DNA of 64,000 nt from Convolutriloba macropyga (Eukaryota), in NCBI RefSeq assembly GCF_964194025.1, contig NC_134471.1:62248001-62312000 (forward strand), in the 5' to 3' direction. A program made the translations under genes and the position numbers. Numbering within the stretch: position 1 is the stretch's first letter; each line of letters starts with the position of its first letter. The notes under the pieces are model-generated. The model was not told the origin of the DNA and did no database searches. It saw only the letters and a program-made list of their open reading frames with translations. Positions 60,368 to 64,000 of the stretch are shown piece by piece.

Positions 60368-61360
60368 TATAGCTGCGAAGCTGAAAGCTGAGTGGAGCTA
60401 TACTGCGATGTCCTTGGTTTTTACAATTCAAAGAATTTGAAGTGTATTGGGGCGCTGTCTTTTCTGTTCACACATTTTCATGATTTTTGAAGTCAAATTG
60501 GAGTAGTGATTTTTGGTCACGCCGAAACAGAAAGTGGAGCGAAAAAGCGAGTGGTTCTGCGGCGTGAATTTTTCGCTCTAGTTTTAAAGTAGATCGAGAA
60601 AACGGTGTTTGAACAAAAATTCGCTTTCTCGCTAGTGGTTTTTTGTTCACATGCGGCAATTTCACTTTGGTTTTTACCGTTTCTTCAATCTTTGGATTGG
60701 ATTTTTTTCTAAATGGTTTTTCCAATCCATGCATAGTTCATTCTAGGCCTAGTTTTTTGTTAGAATCAAATTTACATTTTTCGCTAGTGGTTTTTTTGTT
60801 CTCGCTAGCGGCATTTTGACATTGGTTTTCTGTTTTTTTATCTGATTTTTTTAGAAATGATTTTCCCAATTCACTCATGGTACGTTCTAGGTCTAGTTTT
60901 TGGTCAATGAAAATTCTGTGAATTGTACGTCTGGATTTTTCCTGCTTTGTTTTATGTTTCCTGTTTAGTCGTCTACGCTCTTTTTCGTTTTACATTTGTT
61001 CACACAGCAAAACTGAAAATGTCAAATTTTCTGAATGACTTCTTCCTCTCACTAACGGCTTTTGCGCGCGTGACGTCATTTTTCTCTCTCTCTAGCAAAA
61101 GATTTCAATAAAATGACTTTTGTTCTTTAAAACTTGAGTCTAATTTGAATTAAATTAAGGTCAGAAGAAAGGACCCTACTGAAAGGGCTTCTGTGCAATG
61201 AATTTTAAGCCTTTTTAGTGTATTGCTGAATGTTTTTCCCATAGTTTTTTGAACGGCGTCGATACCTGTTTCAACATTATCTGTATCTGTTTCTATCTCT
61301 ATTATATGGTACTCAAGTCTATTCTTTCGCAGCTATACCGGCAATCTGCCGGCTATGTTT
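60368..61360 (+). mobile_element. HINE-like family B, compact complete copy
   Basis: subTIRs TATAGCTGCGAA (60368-60379) / TTCGCAGCTATA (61326-61337), hairpin CCGGCA-ATC-TGCCGG (61338-61352), end CTATGTTT. Confidence 0.78.
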
Positions 61361-62055
61361 ATGAAAATTAATTCAAGGTGTTGAAAAAATCACAACACTG
61401 CTTTTTGGTATTTAGCATAATTGAGAAATGGCACCTCTTATATTTAATAGGAAAATAGAGGGCTCTAAAAGGGCTATTGGTGTTACACAGGTTTTACGAA
61501 TAGGACAGGAATATTGGTATTCTTCGAGTTTTTGTAGCCCAGGCAAGTTTATAAACTTTTGACTCTTCGAACATTGACTTCTTTGAAAGCATTGACCTCT
61601 TTTTTCAAACATTGGACTTCATCAGTCGCTTAGTTACTATTACATAGTAATTAGGAACTGCTCATAATACTCAATGTCAAAAGGGCATTTTAGCAGTCTT
61701 GTGCCTGTAACAGTCCCTCCTGCCTATCGAAACTACAGACCCCCGTCCCACGTCTCCTCTGCCGGCTGTTTTTCAGCTGAAGCAGGTTCGCCCATTACTT
61801 GAATTTTGTCTTCGTTCTGTTTGACCTTTTTCCTCTGTTTTTGAACTTTGTCGTCTGTTTTCGAGCCCTGGACGTTAGCAGTAGCTTTTTTCTAATGTAT
61901 AGTGATTAGGAAATGCTGGTAATATTCAAGTTCAAGAGCTTATTTTTAGAATTTTGGGAGCCAATGTAATTCTCTCCTACAGTCCACCTTGCTACCTTTC
62001 AAACCCCCTACCTCTCCCTTGCCGACCTACCCCTGCTCCTGCACTACCTACGTGA

Positions 62056-62065
62056 CCCCCCCCCC

Positions 62066-62106
<41 letters not shown>
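62056..62106. repeat. Poly-C run followed by (CA)n microsatellite
   Basis: Directly visible. Confidence 0.95.
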
Positions 62107-62108
<2 letters not shown>

Positions 62109-62816
62109 GCGCCTACTAAAAATTGTCTAACATAGTTTTTTTTGTTTTTGATATTTCTGAATTAGGTAGTAAAGTTCGCCGAATTTAATGTATTTTTTAT
62201 TCACTTTAATTTTGTTAAAGAGAATTTGTTATAGAGGTAACTAGGTAGGAAAGTTCGCCGAATTTTGTGTATTTTTAAATTCACTTTAATTTAGTTGTTA
62301 TAGAGGTATATAATGGCTTCCAATGACGTCATATGAAGCCCCCCGGTAGTGAATTTAGTTACTCCCCTCCACCGTCCCAGACTAAAGCATGCTGCAAAAG
62401 ATTCGAGCTCCCATTAGTTGTTCGAGAGCATTCTTTCCGACTTTAGCTGACTTTGCTGATTTTCAATTTTCTGAATAATGTTCCATTATTAAATAACATT
62501 TCAAACAAGAGAATTTGTGAAGGTTAATTTTCAAGCAAAAGAATGCGCCTAAACAATAGATCCAAGGAAAGAATCCAGTACGATTTTCAAAAAGCTGGCG
62601 AGATAGTAGTACTTAATCAAAGATAGCCCGTTGAAGATAAACATAATTATGCAAGGTATTCGAAGATAGCCATCCGATCTGGATTAGGGAAGCGATTCAA
62701 CGAAACTGCTGAGTAGGCATAAATTAATGTCTCACCTTTCGTTTGAGAGCAATTCGCTCGACTTTAGACGATTGTTCTTACATTTAGAACTAGATTTAAT
62801 TTACAGGAACCAAATA

Positions 62817-64000
62817 TTAAGAAAGAAAGAATTAATTTCTTCATGCATAATTGAAAATTACAAATTTAAATTAGCCCAGCAATTTTCAAAATTTAACACA
62901 AAATTAGATAGATAAGAAGGACTGACTGGCACTATACAAACTGTAACATGAAGAGGACAGATAACAAGACCAGATGGTCTACAATGACCTGCCCAGGATT
63001 GATGAAAAAACAAAACATCACATTAGAATTAATTGGAATGAAAAGTTAAACTGTAGTCGAAACAAACGTAAACAAGGATTTCACATAATGAACTGAGACT
63101 GTAGAAAAAAACTCTGCTTTCTGTCGTCGGTCATGGGTTGCTACATGTTAGCAGAAAAAAATCGGGTATCCTACATACATTAATGCAGTCTAAAGCTTAA
63201 TTTTAAAATTTGAAAATCTTAAAAAAATCGGAACTTAAATACTAGGCCTGCGGGATCTTACGATTGATCCCCTACTTACTCCCTTAGCGACCTTGCCTCT
63301 ACTGACGGTGGAATGAGCCTCTGGATTCAACTAGTGAAGCCAACCGGTCATGGACCATCTGATTGAGCACAAGCAGCAAGGTCAGGAGTAAGTAGAAGTC
63401 ACAAAAAATTACCCGCAGCTCAAACACTAAATACATACCGTACTAATTCAAAATTACTAACAAGGAAAGTAGTTTTGAATGTATGATAAAAATCATTCAC
63501 TTCCTTATACGAGCAACCGATCAAGTCAGGCATTATATCAACCTTTCTTAATTTATTATACAAAATAGTTGAACGATATTGAATAGATGAACGTTGAATT
63601 TTTGTTTTGAACGATGGCACTTTAAGTAAATTTAAACAAGAAGAGCGTGTTGAAGAGAAATTATGAAAATTAAACATACTATTTAAAAACTCATCTGAAT
63701 GGAAATTGTTGATAGATTTTAGGACAAATTTTAACAATTCATAAATATGTAGTTCATACACAGAGAGAATTTTATTATCAGCAAATATATCTTCACTACT
63801 GTCGGTTCGTTTTCGGAAGTAGATGAATTTGAGAATTTTCTTTTGAAGCAGGAACAAAGGTGTAAGTGAGCTGTAGCTGCAGCACCCGTAAATTAGTACT
63901 CCATACTGTAAAACAGGATTAATATTACTACGATAATATCTTAGAAGTAGTTTTCTTGGGGTATAATGCCTAAGCTTCGATATAATGCCACAATGCCTAG
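62817..64000 (-). mobile_element. 3' end of an L2/CR1-group (Crack/Daphne-like) LINE, continuing beyond the window
   Basis: Minus-strand ORF end ..NPVLQYGVLIYGCC..LFLLQKKILKFIYFRK..ILSVYELHIYELLKFV..SIQYRSTILYNKL (stop at 63420); long 3' UTR with a probable (TTC/TTTC)n tail near 62817-62830. Confidence 0.75.

Overview
AT-rich, repeat-dense, intron-containing eukaryotic DNA, most likely from a fast-evolving invertebrate animal (inferred from divergent orthologues and the transposon spectrum; the species cannot be identified from sequence alone). There are three spliced host genes on the + strand. A TBL1/TBL1XR1/ebi-family LisH+WD40 gene has 5 exons (222-14442) and is cut off at a 200-N scaffold gap (15529-15728). 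COMMD5 has 4 exons (42496-49029). PGS1 has 3 exons (49577-59835) and starts only ~550 bp after COMMD5. The rest is mostly decayed mobile DNA: L2/CR1-type LINEs, a Penelope-like element, a CRE-clade restriction-like-endonuclease (RLE) retrotransposon, two families of Helentron-type non-autonomous elements (HINE/DINE-1 architecture) and a Mutator-type MITE. Three features stand out. (i) The CRE-clade element carries an SGNH-esterase-like ORF1 and an N-terminal PHD finger; two copies share an identical 3' junction, and the long copy is flanked by a ~1.17-kb direct duplication. (ii) The Penelope-like element has a PHD finger inserted inside the RT palm, an upstream possibly SGNH-like ORF, and degenerate hammerhead cores in both terminal repeats. 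(iii) A HINE insertion has its empty site preserved in the neighbouring repeat unit. All calls are by-eye motif recognition; no database searches were run.
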